Assembly: GCF_004010195.1 (NCBI RefSeq) | Contig: NC_057718.1 | Span: forward strand, 59,044,838-59,108,837 | Length of the DNA: 64,000 bases | Direction: 5' to 3' | From: Chiloscyllium plagiosum | Lineage: Eukaryota | Shown: positions 12,244 through 24,757 of the stretch, piece by piece | Position numbering within the stretch: the first letter of the stretch is position 1 | Layout of the letters: each line of letters begins with the position of its first letter | Position numbers and translations under genes: made by a program | The notes under the pieces: generated by a model | What the model was told of the DNA's origin: nothing | Seen by the model: the letters and a program-made list of their open reading frames with translations, nothing else | The model's database searches: none

Positions 12244-15200
12244 CCTGTTTCTGCAGGAGTGTGGGATACCGCACCTCAGCAGCTACAGGAGATGGTCGAG
12301 CTTGTGGGCCCATGGGCCGTCAGTTTGGTTGGGTGGGCAACGATAGCCGCGCCTCCGGCCTGGGTATCCTGTTGCGAGGAGGCAGCTTCACCATCTCCGA
12401 GGTTAAGGAGGTGGTGGGCGGGCGCCTCCTCGTCACCGACGTCATGTACAGGAATGCTCCCCGAGACTGATTAATGTGTATACCCCAGCGAGTAAGAGTG
12501 AACGGTTGGCCGTCCTGCAGCAGCTTCCACTGTTGCTGGCTACATCCAGGCCGGTCATTCTGGCCAGAGACTTCAACTGTATCATTGATGCAGATGGACA
12601 ATCCGGCGGGGGGGACATGGTTAAAGATGCCAAGCTGCACGACGTCTTCAGCAACCCCTGCAGATGGAGCACAGCGTAGATACACCTGGTCACGGGCAGA
12701 CGGGTCTATCCGCTCAAGGATAGACTACCTGTTTGTTTGTGTCCCGAACACGCTCGGTCAGATCCATCGACGTCAAGCCGGTGTTCTTCTCTGACCACTG
12801 CATCCTGCTGGCTGACTGTCACCTACAGGACGAGCAGCGGGCTGGTAAGGGAACGTGGAAGCTGTTGACCCTGTGAAACATTGAGGAGCTCAAGAGGGAC
12901 TACACAGGTTGAAGAACCGTGAAGCCCCTCTTTGAGTCCCCAGCGGACTGGTTGGAAACAGTAAAAGGGAACATCAAGAGGTTCTTTATCCTCAAAGGTG
13001 TTCAGGAGGGCGAGAGAGAGGCGGGGAAAACTGTCCCAGCTCCAGGAAAGGATGCAGAACCTGCTCCTGCTGCAGATGATGGGGGTCGATGTCACGGAGG
13101 ACCTCAAGGAGGTGAAGGGCCAGCAAGTCTCGCTCTTTGCCTTGGAGGCCTCCAAGATAATCTTCCGGTCCAGGGTCCGCTCGGTGGAGCAGGACGAGAC
13201 GTGCTCACGTTTCTTCTTCCACAAGGTGCACAAAGAGAGCTCTGTGCTCAGTAACCTGAAAGAAGAAGATGGCTTGATAACGTCATCTCAGGCTGACGTC
13301 ATGAGAATCAGCAAATCCTTCTATGCCAGTCTGTATGACGCGAAGCCGACCGACAGCGTTGCCTCCCAGTCGTTCCTGTCCTCTATCACGGAGGTCCTAG
13401 ACGACAGAACACGCGAGAGGCTGGACCAGCCGCTATCTCTGGATGAGCTGACCAAGACCCTCGAGTCCTTCGAAAAGAGTAAAACTCCCAGAAGCGATGG
13501 CTTACCGGTCGAGCTCTATTCTGCTCTGTGGGACTTGATTGGCCAGAACCTGCTGGAAGTGTATGTCAGTATGCTTCGGGCAGGTACCATGAGTGAATCC
13601 ATGAGGAAAGTCATCACCACCCTCATCTACAAGCGGAAGGGGGAGAGGGAAGAACTCAAAAATTGGAGACCAATCTCACTGTTGAATGCGGATTACAAAA
13701 TTCTGTCTAAGGTAATCGCCATTCGGATCAGGTCTGCTCTGGGGTCGGTGATTCACCCTGACCAAACTTGTGCTGTGCCGGGCAGGAAGACTGCTGAGAG
13801 TCTCGCACTCCTCAGGGATACGATCGCCTACATGCAGGACAGAGGGTTGGACACCTGCCTGATCAGCCTGGACCAGAAGAAAGCCTTTGACAGGATATCA
13901 CACAGATATATGAGAGATGTTCTCTCCAAAATGGGCTTTGGGGAGGGAATCTGCAATTGAATCAGACTGCTCTACACCAACATTGTCAGTGCAGTCTCAA
14001 TCAATGGGTGGGAATCAGATAGCTTCCCAGTCAGATCTGGATTCAGGCAGGGCTGCCCTCTTTCTCCTGCCTTGTTTGTGTGCTGCATAGAGCCATTTGC
14101 CGAGTCCATCAGGAAGGATGCGAGCCTGAGAGGGGTGACTATTCCTGGCAGCGTGGGCCTGCAGATTAAGGCCTCCCTGTACATGGATGAGGTCGCCGTT
14201 TTCTGCTCGGATCTGCTGTCCGTGCGCAGACACATGTGCATATGTGACCAGTTTGAACGGGCCTCGGGGGCCAAGGTAAACCGAGGCAAGAGCGAGGCCA
14301 TGCTCTTCAGGAACTGGGCCGACCAATCCTCGATCCCCTTCACTGTAGGACCGACCACCTGAAGGTGCTGGGTATTTGGTTCGGGAGGGTTGGGGCGTGC
14401 GCCAAGTCTTGGGAGGAGCGTATCAGCAAAGTGAGGCAGAAACTAGGCAGATGGAAGCTATGGTCACTCTCCAAGGCGGGAAAAAACCTGGTCATCAGGT
14501 GTGAGGCACTGTCATTGCTATTATACGTGGCACAGGTCTGGTCTATTCCCAGAACCTGCGCTGCTGCAGTCACCAGGGCCATCTTCCAGTTTATATGGAG
14601 GTCAAAGATGGACCGGGTCCGAAGAGACTCGCTGTACAAAGATCTGGGCAACGGGGGAAAAAAATACACCCAATGACACCCTCATCCTGATGGCCACCTT
14701 TGTGTGTGGCTGCATCAAGCTGTGCGTGGATCCCCGGTACCCAAGTGTCACTATGTACTGAGGTTCTACCTGTCCTCGGTGTTGCGAAGGATGGGCCTGG
14801 CCTCGNNNNNNNNNNNNNNNNNNNNNNNNNNNNNNNNNNNNNNNNNCACCTTTGACCACAAGTCCATTAGGAAGTGGTCAGCACGTAGTGTCCTTGAGAC
14901 CCTTTGGGAAAAGGAGAGGGCGGATCCTATCGAGTGGTTCCCTGAGCAGACTGTCAAAGCCATTTGGCAGAATGCCTCATCGCCAGAACTTTCCAACAAG
15001 CACCAAGACATGGCTTGGCTGGTGGTGAGAAGGGCTCTGCCTGTGAGATCCTTTATGCATGCCCGGACTCTCAGCTGCACCGCACGCTACCCTCGAAGCG
15101 GCTGCGGGGGGAAACGAGACTGTCCCACACCTCCTTCTGGAATGCACCTACGCAGAAGAAGTCTGGAGAGGAATGCAGTGGTGTTTGTCGAGGTTCGTCC

Positions 15201-15686
15201 CGAGCAGCGCCGTGACACGGGACTCCATGTTCTACGGCCTGTTCCCTGGGATGCACACTGAGATGAACATCAACCGTGCCTGGAGGATCATCAACTCGGT
15301 GAAGGATGCTCTCTGGGTGGTCCGACACCTGTTGATCTTCCAGCTGAAGGATTTGACCCTGACTGAGTGTTGCAGACTGGCATATTCCAAGGTCCAGGAC
15401 TACGTGTTGAGGGACACGCTGAAGCTTGGGGTGGTTGCTGCCAAGGCGCAGTAGGGAAAGACCACCGTGTAATGTCTGCTGCCTAAAGAAGAACAGGGGG
15501 CCCGTGCAGTCATTTGGGCTCTGCTGACGCCTCAGCTAAAAATGTAATCGTACAGACCTGTAAATAGGAATGATTACTTTATTTCGGTGTGCAAAGAAAT
15601 GGAATGTTTACATATGTATGGCATGTCCAACTGTACAGACCATCAAAGTATTTTATGAATAAATGTATATTTTTGAAATAAAAAAA
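12244..15686 (+). mobile_element. Tx1/L1-clade non-LTR retrotransposon, 5'-truncated ORF2 (APE endonuclease, RT, C-terminal Cys-His region)
   Basis: EN motifs (LFLQE, DFNC, SRIDY, SDH), a 320-aa RT-containing ORF at 12998-13960 (NWRPISLLNADYKILSKV, LDQKKAFDRISH), RQGCPLSP, YMDE, ET..HLLLEC. Ends in AATAAA plus an A-rich tail. Imperfect TSD GAGAACAT (12236) / GAGAACGT (15687). GC- and CpG-rich, so relatively young. Confidence 0.92.
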
Positions 15687-16369
15687 GAGAACGTAGGAGT
15701 TCTACCAAAGGTTCGATCCAAATTTCAGCACAGTAGCCACTTCCGTGGAAACGTATGGCCTAATATCTCCTTTCGTGGTTTGGTGTCACATTTAGTTTCA
15801 TTAATACTCCTGTAAAGCACCTTGGTCAAACTTTCTAAAATGTTTAGGTGCCATATAAAGACTAGGTGGTATTAACTTGAAATAAACAGTCGTTAATGAC
15901 TGGGTTTTCCCGATGATAAAAGTTTAAATCTAATAGCAAATTGCAGGGACGTTTCTACTTATTCAGTAATTATAACATTTCTGATGCTGATAGACACCAT
16001 AACCTTGATCAAAAATGCTCATTTAACCTAGATTTAATAATAAGGTTGTTATTATTTAACGTCCAACTGCCTGCCTCAATATTTGCGTACCAAACACAAA
16101 AAAAACAATTAATTTGATTTCTCTAGTAGTAAATTTGCTTTGACATTATAGCTGCAAATGAGCACACATTACAGAAGAGCATTTAGTGATTAAATTCTCT
16201 TAGGATGAAATAGCATTTATCTCCCAACATGGCTCAATGTAAGTACGATTTGGAGGTGCCGGTATTGGACTGGGGTGTACAAAGTTAAAAATCACCCAAC
16301 AGTTTGGAAAATAACCTAGTGTTGTGTGATTTTTAACAATGCAACTACAGTGGATTCGGAACGGCGGAG

Positions 16370-16545
16370 GTTGTGATTGGATGAACAAAGTATCTGGTGT
16401 GACTGGCCTGGAACCGTAACGTCTGTGATTGGTTGGATGTGGCCAGCGTTCTGATTGGATTGGTCAATTGTAGCCACAGCTGTGTTTGCGATTGGCTGGA
16501 ATAGACAAAGTCTGTGATTGGCTAAAGAAGGCGCGGGCCGCGACA
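16370..16545 (+). promoter_or_regulatory. Candidate FANCL promoter: array of inverted CCAAT (NF-Y) boxes followed by a GC-rich/E2F-like GGCGCGGG
   Basis: ATTGG starts at 16376, 16428, 16454, 16459, 16491 and 16517, with a degenerate ACTGG at 16402. It is locally CpG-rich, non-repeat-looking sequence in a CpG-poor window. The link to FANCL is inferred. Confidence 0.7.
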
Positions 16546-16608
16546 TTTGTGAATGACCGTCCAGCGGTGCACTTGGGAGAAGTGAGATTCAGCTAAAGGA
16601 CGGAACAA
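16540..16608 (+). other. FANCL: Putative non-coding 5' UTR exon of FANCL (start approximate)
   Basis: Lies just downstream of the CCAAT array and ends at a consensus donor AA|GTGAGT (16609). The first coding exon has its own splice acceptor 22 nt before the ATG, which suggests an upstream exon. Confidence 0.55.
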
Positions 16609-16824
16609 GTGAGTATGTGTTCGGGAATTCACTTCAACCAGCAAATATTGTGTTTTACCGGCACCAAAGTAGAGAGTCTGAGAAGTCTCTAACCGGCTGT
16701 ATCCGCAGCGCTGAAAGATCTGTTTATTTATGTATTTAGAAATCGATGAGTTCATGGTTACTGAACATTCCTGTGCTTAACTGCTGTCAACTTATCGTGG
16801 CTCTGGCCTTTCAAGATGTGTTTG

Positions 16825-17070
16825 GTGGCTCAGTGGATGGTAGACCGTCCTCATGTCAGTAGGTAAAGGGTACAACTTCTATTTTGAGCTCGAACTCAGA
16901 GCCGTATTGAGGCAGGTCTTCCACCCTTGCTATTCCTTGAATGTTCCTGATCCACCAATGTATCACTAAAACAGACTATCTGGTTATAATCATAGTGCTG
17001 TATTTGAGAATGTTGCTCCTTACATACAGATGCGTTGCCATATTCTCCATGCTGCAACAAGCACTACTGG
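16825..17070 (+). mobile_element. Degenerate Deu-domain SINE (SacSINE1/AmnSINE-like)
   Basis: tRNA-like head tggctcagtgg and a Deu-like block atcactaaaacagactatctggttataatcatagtgctgt. Recognised from memory of the consensus. Confidence 0.5.
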
Positions 17071-17149
17071 GTATTTTCAGATTTTTGTTTTTATTTCAGA
17101 TTTTCTACCTCTGCATTTGTTTTAACTTATGACCTAAAAAGGACAGTCA

Positions 17150-18499
17150 ATTCAGGACTGAGGGTGTTGTACTTAAAGGCATGCATTTGAAATTAGGTAA
17201 ATGAACCTGTAGCGCAGATTGAAATTGGCAGCTATGATGTTGTCGCTATCACAGAGATATGGCACCAATGGGATCAGGGCTGAGAACTAAATATCCAAGG
17301 GTACATGTCCAATTTAAAGGATAGGCAGGTGGGCAAAAGGGTCAGGATTGTCTTGTTAGTAAGAAATTAAATTAAATTGATAGCAAGAAGGAATGTTGAG
17401 CCAGAAGGAGTAACGTCCATGTGAGTACAGTTGAGGAACTAACACGAGTCAGAATGTGGAGAAAAAAATAAATCAGAAGATAGAAAAGGCATATAAGAAA
17501 TGTTTACAATAATCATGGGGGACTTCAATATACAAGTGGACTGGGAAAACCTGGTTGGTAGAGATCTCAAGAAAAGGAATTTGTGGAATGTATACAAGAT
17601 GGTTTTCTGGAGCAGTTTGTGATACAGCCCACTAACTTATAGACTGTCCTGGATTTCGTGACGTGTCATGAGGCAGCCTTGATTAGGGAGCTGAAATGAA
17701 GGAACCTCTTGGAAGCAGTGACCATATTTTGGTAGGATTCATCTGCATTGTGAGAGGGAGAAGCTGGAATCCAATGCACTGGTAAAGGTAGCTACAAATA
17801 CATCAGTGAGGACCTCACCAGACTGGAAGTGTAGTCTAGCAGAGAATGTGGTTCAGCAGCAATGACAGGAGTTTTCTGGAAGCACAACAGAAATTCGTAC
17901 CAAGGCACAAGAAACACACTAAGTGGTGGATGATGCAACATTGGCTGACAAGGGAAGTCAGGGGCAGTATAAAAGCAAACAATAAATATACAATCTGGAG
18001 AAGATTAGTGGAAGCCAGAGGATTGGGTAGCCTTTTAAGCAACTATCAAGTGAAAAGCAATAAAAGGGGAGAATATGAAATATGAGTAAGCTAGCTAGTA
18101 ATATAAAAATATTATGAGTTTGTTTTTAGATGTCTGAAAAACATTGGGCCACGGAAAATGAGGCTGGTGAAGTAGTAATAGGGACCAAAGAAATGGCAGA
18201 GGAACTGAATAGATATTTTCCATCAGTTTTGACAGTGAAGACACTAGCAACATACCAGAACTTCAAGAAAATCAAAAAACAGAAGTGAGTGTAGTGGCCA
18301 TCACTAAGGAGAAGGTGCTGGGATAGCGGAAGGGTCTAAAGGTGGATAAATCACCTGGACTGGTTAGACACACGGCAAGGTTCTGAAGGAGATAGCTGAA
18401 GTGATTGTAGAGTGATTGGTAATGATCTTTCAGGAATCACTGGAGTCAGGAAGGGTCCCAGAATAGTGGAGCATGGCTAATGTAATACACTTGTTTAAG
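17150..18499 (+). mobile_element. Old CR1 ORF2 fragment (endonuclease plus linker), lacking its 3' part
   Basis: Degenerate EN motifs (YDVVAITE.W, IMGDFN, LGSSDH) and DKSPG.. / W..ANV..LFK just before the break. Confidence 0.8.
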
Positions 18500-18645
18500 A
18501 AGAAGAGCAGGAAAATCGACATTTCAGGCAAAAGCCCTTCATCAGGAATAGAAACAGGGTGCCTGCAGAGTGGAGAGATAAATGAGGGCAGAGGAGATGA
18601 CCTGAGGGTTGCAGTGAGAGAAAGAGACTCACTGAGATTCTTGTA
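18500..18645 (-). mobile_element. Internally deleted Penelope remnant with hammerhead core
   Basis: The minus strand reads CTGATGA-AGGGCTTTTGCCT-GAAATGTC at about 18514-18549. The flank matches 27480-27520. Confidence 0.7.
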
Positions 18646-21600
18646 AGCTTCCACATAATTCCTATAATGTGGTGACTAGAACTGAACGCAGTACTCCAGT
18701 GTGGCCTTACCAGTGTCTCATACAGCTGAAGTATGACCTCGTGGCTCCAAAACTCAATTTCCCCTGCCAATAAACACCAACACACCATATGCTGCCTTAA
18801 CAACCTTATTAACCTGGGTGACAACTTTCAGGGATTAATGCACTGGACACTGAGATGTCTCTGTTCATCAACACTGCCAAGAATTTTACCATTAGCCCTC
18901 TACTCTGCATTCCTTTTTTTTTTCTGAAGTGAACTACCTCACACTTTTCCGCATTAAACTCCATTGCCACTTCTCCGCCCAGCTCTGCAACTTATCTATG
19001 TCCCTCTGTAACCCATAACATCCTTCACGACTTTCTACAACTCTGCCTACCTTAGTGTCATTTGTAAATTTACTAACCCATCCTTCTATGCCCACATCCA
19101 GATAACTTATAAAAACGACAAACAGCAGTGGCCCCAGAACAGATCCTTGCGGCACACCACTGGTAACTGAGCTCCAGGATGAACATTTCCATCAACCACC
19201 ACCTCTGTCTTCTTTCAGCAAGCCAATTTCTGATCCAATTTGCTAAATCGCCTTCAATCCTGAAACTCTGTATTTTGTGCAATAGCCTACCTTGTGGAAC
19301 ATTATCAAACTCCTCACTTAGGTTCATATACACCACATCAACCACTTTATCTTCATCCACCTGTTTTGTCACCTTCTTGAAGAACACAATAAGGTTAGTT
19401 AGGCATGACCTACTCTTCACAAAACCCTGTTGACTGTCTCTAATCAAATTATTCCTTTCCAAATGATTATAAATCCTATTTCTTATAACCTTTTCCAACA
19501 CCTTACCCACAACCAAAGTAAGGCTCACTGGCCTATAATTACTGGTGTTATGTCGTCTCTCCTTAAGGGAACAACATTTGTTATCCTCCAGTCTTCTGAC
19601 ACTTCTTCTGTTGACAATGATGACATAAAGTTCAAAAGCCAAAGACTCTGCAATCTCCTTCCTGGCTTCCCAGAGAATCTGAGGATAAATCCCATCTGGC
19701 CCAGGGGTCTTATCCATTTTCAGATCTTCCAAAATCACCAAAACCTCCTCATTGACAATCTCAATCTCATCTAATCTAGTAGCCTGTATCTCCGTATTCT
19801 CACTAACATTGCCCTTTTCCAATGTAAATACTGACAACAAGTATTCATTAAGTGCTTTCCCTCTATCCTCAGATTCCACACACAACTTTCCACTATGATC
19901 TTGGTCCTAATCTTACTCTAGTCATTCTCTTATTCCTAATATACCTATAGAAGGCTTTAGGGGTTTTTTTTGCTCCTATTCGCCAACAACTTCTCATGTC
20001 CCCTCCTGGCTCTTCTTAGCCCTCTCTATTGATCTTTTCTGGCTAACTTGTAACTCTCAAGCCCTCTAACTGAGCCTTCATGCCTCATACTCACATAAGC
20101 CTTCTTCTTCCATCTCAACTTCTTTAGTAAACCATGGCACCCTCTCTCGACAACTACCTCCCTGCCTGATAGGTCTCTCCTATTCAAGGAACCGCAGTAG
20201 CTGTTCCTTGAATAAACTCCACATTTCAAATGTGTCCATCCCCTGCAGTTTCCTTCCCCATCCTATGCATCCTAAATCTTGTCTAATCACATCGTAATTG
20301 CCTTTCCCCCAGTTATACCTCTTTCCCTGCGGTATATACTTATCCCTGCCCATTGCTATTGGAAATGTAACTGAATTATGGTCACTATAGCCAAAGAGCT
20401 CACCTACCTCCAAATTTAACACCTGGACGGATTCATTCCCCAGTACCAAATCCAATATGGCATCTCCCCTTGTTGGCCTGTATACATACTGTGTCAGAAA
20501 ACCCTCCTGCACACATTGAACAGAAACTGATCCATCTAAACTACTTGAACTATAGTCAATGTTGGAGAAGTTAAAGTCCCCCATAACAACTACCCTGTTA
20601 CACTTGCTCCTATCAAGAATCATCTTTGCTATCCTTTCCAGGACATACCTGGAACAATTCAGAAGCCAAAAGAAAACTCCTAAAAGGGTGACCTCTCCTT
20701 TCCTGTTTCTAACCTCAGCCCAAACTACCTCAGTGGATGAGTCCTCCCATGTTACATCAGCTGCTGTAATACTACCCTTGATTAACAAAGCACCCCCCAC
20801 CTCCTTTACCATCTTCTCTGTTCTTCCTGAAACATCTAAATACCAGAATCTGCAACAATCATTCCTGTCCCTCCTCCAGCCATGTCTCTGAAGTGGCCAC
20901 AACATCGAAATCCCAGGTGCCAACCTGTGCAGCAAGTTCACCCACTTTATTCCGATGCTTCTGGCATTGAAGTCCGCACATTTCAAACCAACACCCTGAT
21001 TGCCGTTGCCCTCTCGCGACCTTCTAAACCTATCCCTGACCTCACTACCCTCAACCTCCTACACTGGAACTACAATTCAGGTTCCCATCCCCCTACAGCA
21101 TTAGTTTAAAACCCTCCGAAGAGCATTAGCAAATTCCACCCCCAAGGATGTTGGTACCCATCTGGTTCAGGTGAAGACCATCCTTTTTGTTGAGGTCCCA
21201 CCTTCCCCAGAAAGAGCTCCAATTATCCAAGAATCCAAAACCCTCCCACCTGCACCATCCTTACAGTCATATGTTGAGCTCTGCTCTCTCCCTGTTGTTT
21301 CACTAGCATGTGGCACAGGCAACAAACCAGAGATCACAACTCTGTTTGTTCTAGCTCTAAGCTTCCACCTTAACTCCCTGAATTTCTGCCTTAGATCCCC
21401 ACCTTTTCTTCCTACCTATGTCATTGGTACCTATGTGGACCATTACTTGGGGCTTCTCCCCCTCTCCCTCAAAGATCCCGAAAACACGATCAGGGACATC
21501 ACGAGCCCTGGCACCTGGGAGGCAACACACCAATCGTCAGTCTCTCTCGTTCTCACAGAACCTCCTATCTGTCCCACTAACTATGGAGTCCCCAATGACT

Positions 21601-22120
21601 AAAACTCTTCCTTATCCCCCTTCCCCTCTTAGCAACAGGGAAAGGCTCTGCACCAGAGACCTGTGGCCTACTGCTTACCCCGGTAAGTCCTCCCCCCCCC
21701 AACAGTATACTTGTTGCTGAGGGGTATCACCATAGGTGATCCCTGCACTGCCTGATTGTTCCCTTTCCCACCCCTGACGGTAACCCATCTACCTTCTTAA
21801 TGTGGCTGTGGACTAATTACTTCCCTGTTACTCTTCTCAATTACCCCCTCCACTTCCCTAATGATCTGAAGTTCATCCAGCTCTAGCTCCAGCTCCACTT
21901 CCCTAACGCAGTTCTCGAGGAGCTGGAGTTGGGTGCACCTGGTACAAATGAGGTCAGCAGGGACACCAGAGGTGACCCTTATCTTCCACATACTGCAAGA
22001 GAAACATTCAACTGCCCTAACCTCAATTCCCACTATCCTGAATTCCCAAATAGATCACTGAATATATGAAACACAAAAGAGAAACACTTGTCACCTTACC
22101 AACCAACGCACAGAACATCT
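18646..22120 (-). mobile_element. CR1 LINE retaining ORF1 and most of ORF2 but missing the 3' end
   Basis: ORF1 start with zinc-finger/leucine-zipper pattern (AVECFSCSMW..C TRC TQLQLLE..VRELELELDEL, 21797-22033), EN ORF 20180-20986 (FNARSI, MGDFNF, SDHN), and RT ORFs 19073-19885 and 18934-19155. Confidence 0.92.
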
Positions 22121-23611
22121 TTCACCAGAGATTCTTAGGCAAAGGCCTCCCTGTTACAAACCTGTCAGCAATCTTCAAATTGATCAATGTAGAAAATCGC
22201 AATTATAACCACTTTTTTTACAGGACTGAATGCCATTTTCTATAGTTTAAATGCCATGCGGGCACCTTGGCAGCTCCTGTGAAAGGGGAAGTGAGGAAGT
22301 AGGGTGAGAGATGGCACGAGTCCAAGTAAGTGGAAGCGTACTTAGAATAGGATTAGAGGTGGGGGGGAAGGTTGATTCAGGGTTTGTCAGGTGGAGAAAC
22401 TGGTCTAGACAGGTTGGGGGATGTAGTCCCAACCTGGGTATCAGTTTAGTGTTGGTTTGCGAGGTGGGTGTCCATTCTGGGACAGTGCTGTGTGGTGGGA
22501 TGTTGAGGATTAGTGAGAGTGGAGTTAGATGTTCAAAGGTTGAGAATTAAGTTCATTAATTACCTTGGGGTTAGAATAGGCTTTTAACCTTTCCTGGGTA
22601 ACTATAAAGCTTAAGTGAGTCAGAACCCTCCAAAGTCTCTGAATATAAGGATGTTTTCCAGAGAGTTTCAGGTGCAGGGGAATTGTCCATTAGAATTTCC
22701 AGTGTTATGGCAAATGCCTCAAAATCAGTTGTGTGTCAAGAATTTTGCATGGTTCCAGCACACAACTCAGTCCAATTTCTCTAATGATTCTCTAGCTGTC
22801 GGAATGTCTGGGCGTAATAACCTATATTAACCATATGCGTTGCATCTGCCTAACCTAATAACTTCACACTTCTGTTGAACCAGGAAGCCTGATTCTGCTG
22901 AGGGCATTGCCAGTAAATGATTGACTGTCACCTGCTGTATTGAGTTTAAGCAGGCACAGTGCACGCTCTTTTAGTTCACAAGGAACAGGGTCCTGTGTAT
23001 AATTTGTGCATATCACTTCTAGTGCATGCAAGTACGCTAAATTGATTGTCAGTATAATTCTTTCACATCCAGAATTATCTGTGGTGGTGCTACTGAGTCG
23101 TTGTTATTGATGTACATTGAATTCTCCAACTTGCATATGTTCTGATCCCTTGCAGCCTTTGGCTCTTTAGAACCATTCAAATTCATCAACTTGATGAGAA
23201 GGTGATGGGAAATGTTGGGTTTACAACAAGAGGTTTCTTTGCCAATATTGACCTGCTGCCCTGAGATCCATAATTGGTTTTCAAAGCTAGACAAAAGCTG
23301 GAATACTGCCGATTTTGGATATTCTAAAACAAAACAAAAAGTGCTAGCAATACTAAGCAGGTCAGGCTGCAACAGTGGAGAGGACAGAATTAAAATGTGT
23401 CTGTTATAAGGGTGCCAGTGAGCGAGGAGGAATGTGGGCCAGATAAATGATAGTGCTCAGGGTAAGTCAAGTTAGGTCTGAGAATTTGGAGACTGGAAGG
23501 TGAAGTTGTCAGGTTTGGCAGCAGCGGAGAAATGTCAAATGCTTGAAGATTTTGGGGTGTGGGAAGATGTAGGTTGGGAAGAGATTTGGTGTCAGGGTAG
23601 TGGCGGATGAA

Positions 23612-23952
23612 GAATAGATCCATACAGTCTGGAAATAGACCCTTCACTCCAACTTGTCCAGGCTGACCAAGTTTTCCAAACTAAACTAGTCCCGTTTACC
23701 TGCGTTTGACCAATATCCCTCCAAACCTTTCCTATTCATGCACTTTTAAATGCCTTTTAAACGTTGTAATGTATTTGCATCTACCATTTTCTCTGGCAGT
23801 TCATTACACATATGAATCACACTCTGTGTGAAAAATTGCCCGTCAGGTCCACTTCAAATCTTTCTCCCTAAAATTATGCCATGTAGTTTTGAACTCCCCC
23901 ACCTTACAGAAAAGACCTTTACTATTCACCTTATCTTTGTCACTCATGATTT
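23612..23952 (-). mobile_element. CR1 3' fragment
   Basis: Reverse complement of the CR1 3' end seen at 1-396. Confidence 0.8.
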
Positions 23953-24757
23953 TAGTAGGTATTGGAAGGTTGGGGAGGAGGGAGGGGTAAAGAATAGGTT
24001 TTGGGAGGCAGAAGGTAGAATAGGTGTTAGGATGTGGGAGGGTGGTGTTAGGTCAGGGTCTTTGAGATATTGGTGGCCTCAGTGGGGTATAATTGCGGAA
24101 TGTATGGTGTCAGTTTAATAGTTATTTAGGAGTTACACTAAGTATTTAATTACAATTTTTGAGAAGATTTGTAGCTCAGGTTGGTAAGTATGTAAGTTAG
24201 CTTGCTGAGCTTGAAGGTTTGTTTTCAGATATTTCATCACCACACTAGGTAACATCAGTGAAAGTCTCTGGTGAAGCGCTAGTGGTATGTCCTGCCTCTT
24301 TATTTATAGATCTTGGTTTCTTAAGGTGGGTGATGTCATTTCTGGTTCTCTTTTTCCAAAGGAAGGTAGATAGGGTCTAAACCGATGTGCTTATTGATGG
24401 AGTTCTGGTTAGAATGCCATGCCTCTAAGAATTCCTGAACACCATCAAAGACACCAAGATAGAAAAGGACGAAATAATGGTCTCTTTTGACGTTACAGCC
24501 CTTTTTACATCAATTAACGTTGCCCTGGCCAAAGAAACACTGGCATCACTACCACAACCAGGACCACAAACAGCAGACAGCACCAACGTCATGAGCAAAG
24601 ATAACATCCTCAACCTGGTGAACCTGTGCCTCACTACCCACTTCACATTCAATAAGAAAACCTACAAACAAATCGATGGAACACCCATAGGATCACCAGT
24701 ATTAGGGCTCATAGCAGAAGCAGTAAAGCAGAGACTTGAACAAGCTGCCCTCCCATT

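Noticed and set aside
12227..12700. 5' inversion of the Tx1/L1 element, suggested by minus-strand ORFs
   Set aside because: Endonuclease motifs read colinearly on the + strand. The minus ORFs are GC-rich shadows.
12998..13960. 320-aa ORF as a host gene
   Set aside because: It is part of the frameshifted ORF2 of the Tx1-like LINE, with stops on both sides.
15709..15718. GGTTCGATCC B box suggesting a tRNA target for the Tx1 element
   Set aside because: No tRNA fold on either side after removing the LINE. Could be chance within an old SINE.
16370..16525. CRISPR-like regularly spaced repeats
   Set aside because: The repeated unit is only about 6-9 bp, the context is eukaryotic and there are no cas genes. 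CCAAT boxes explain it better.
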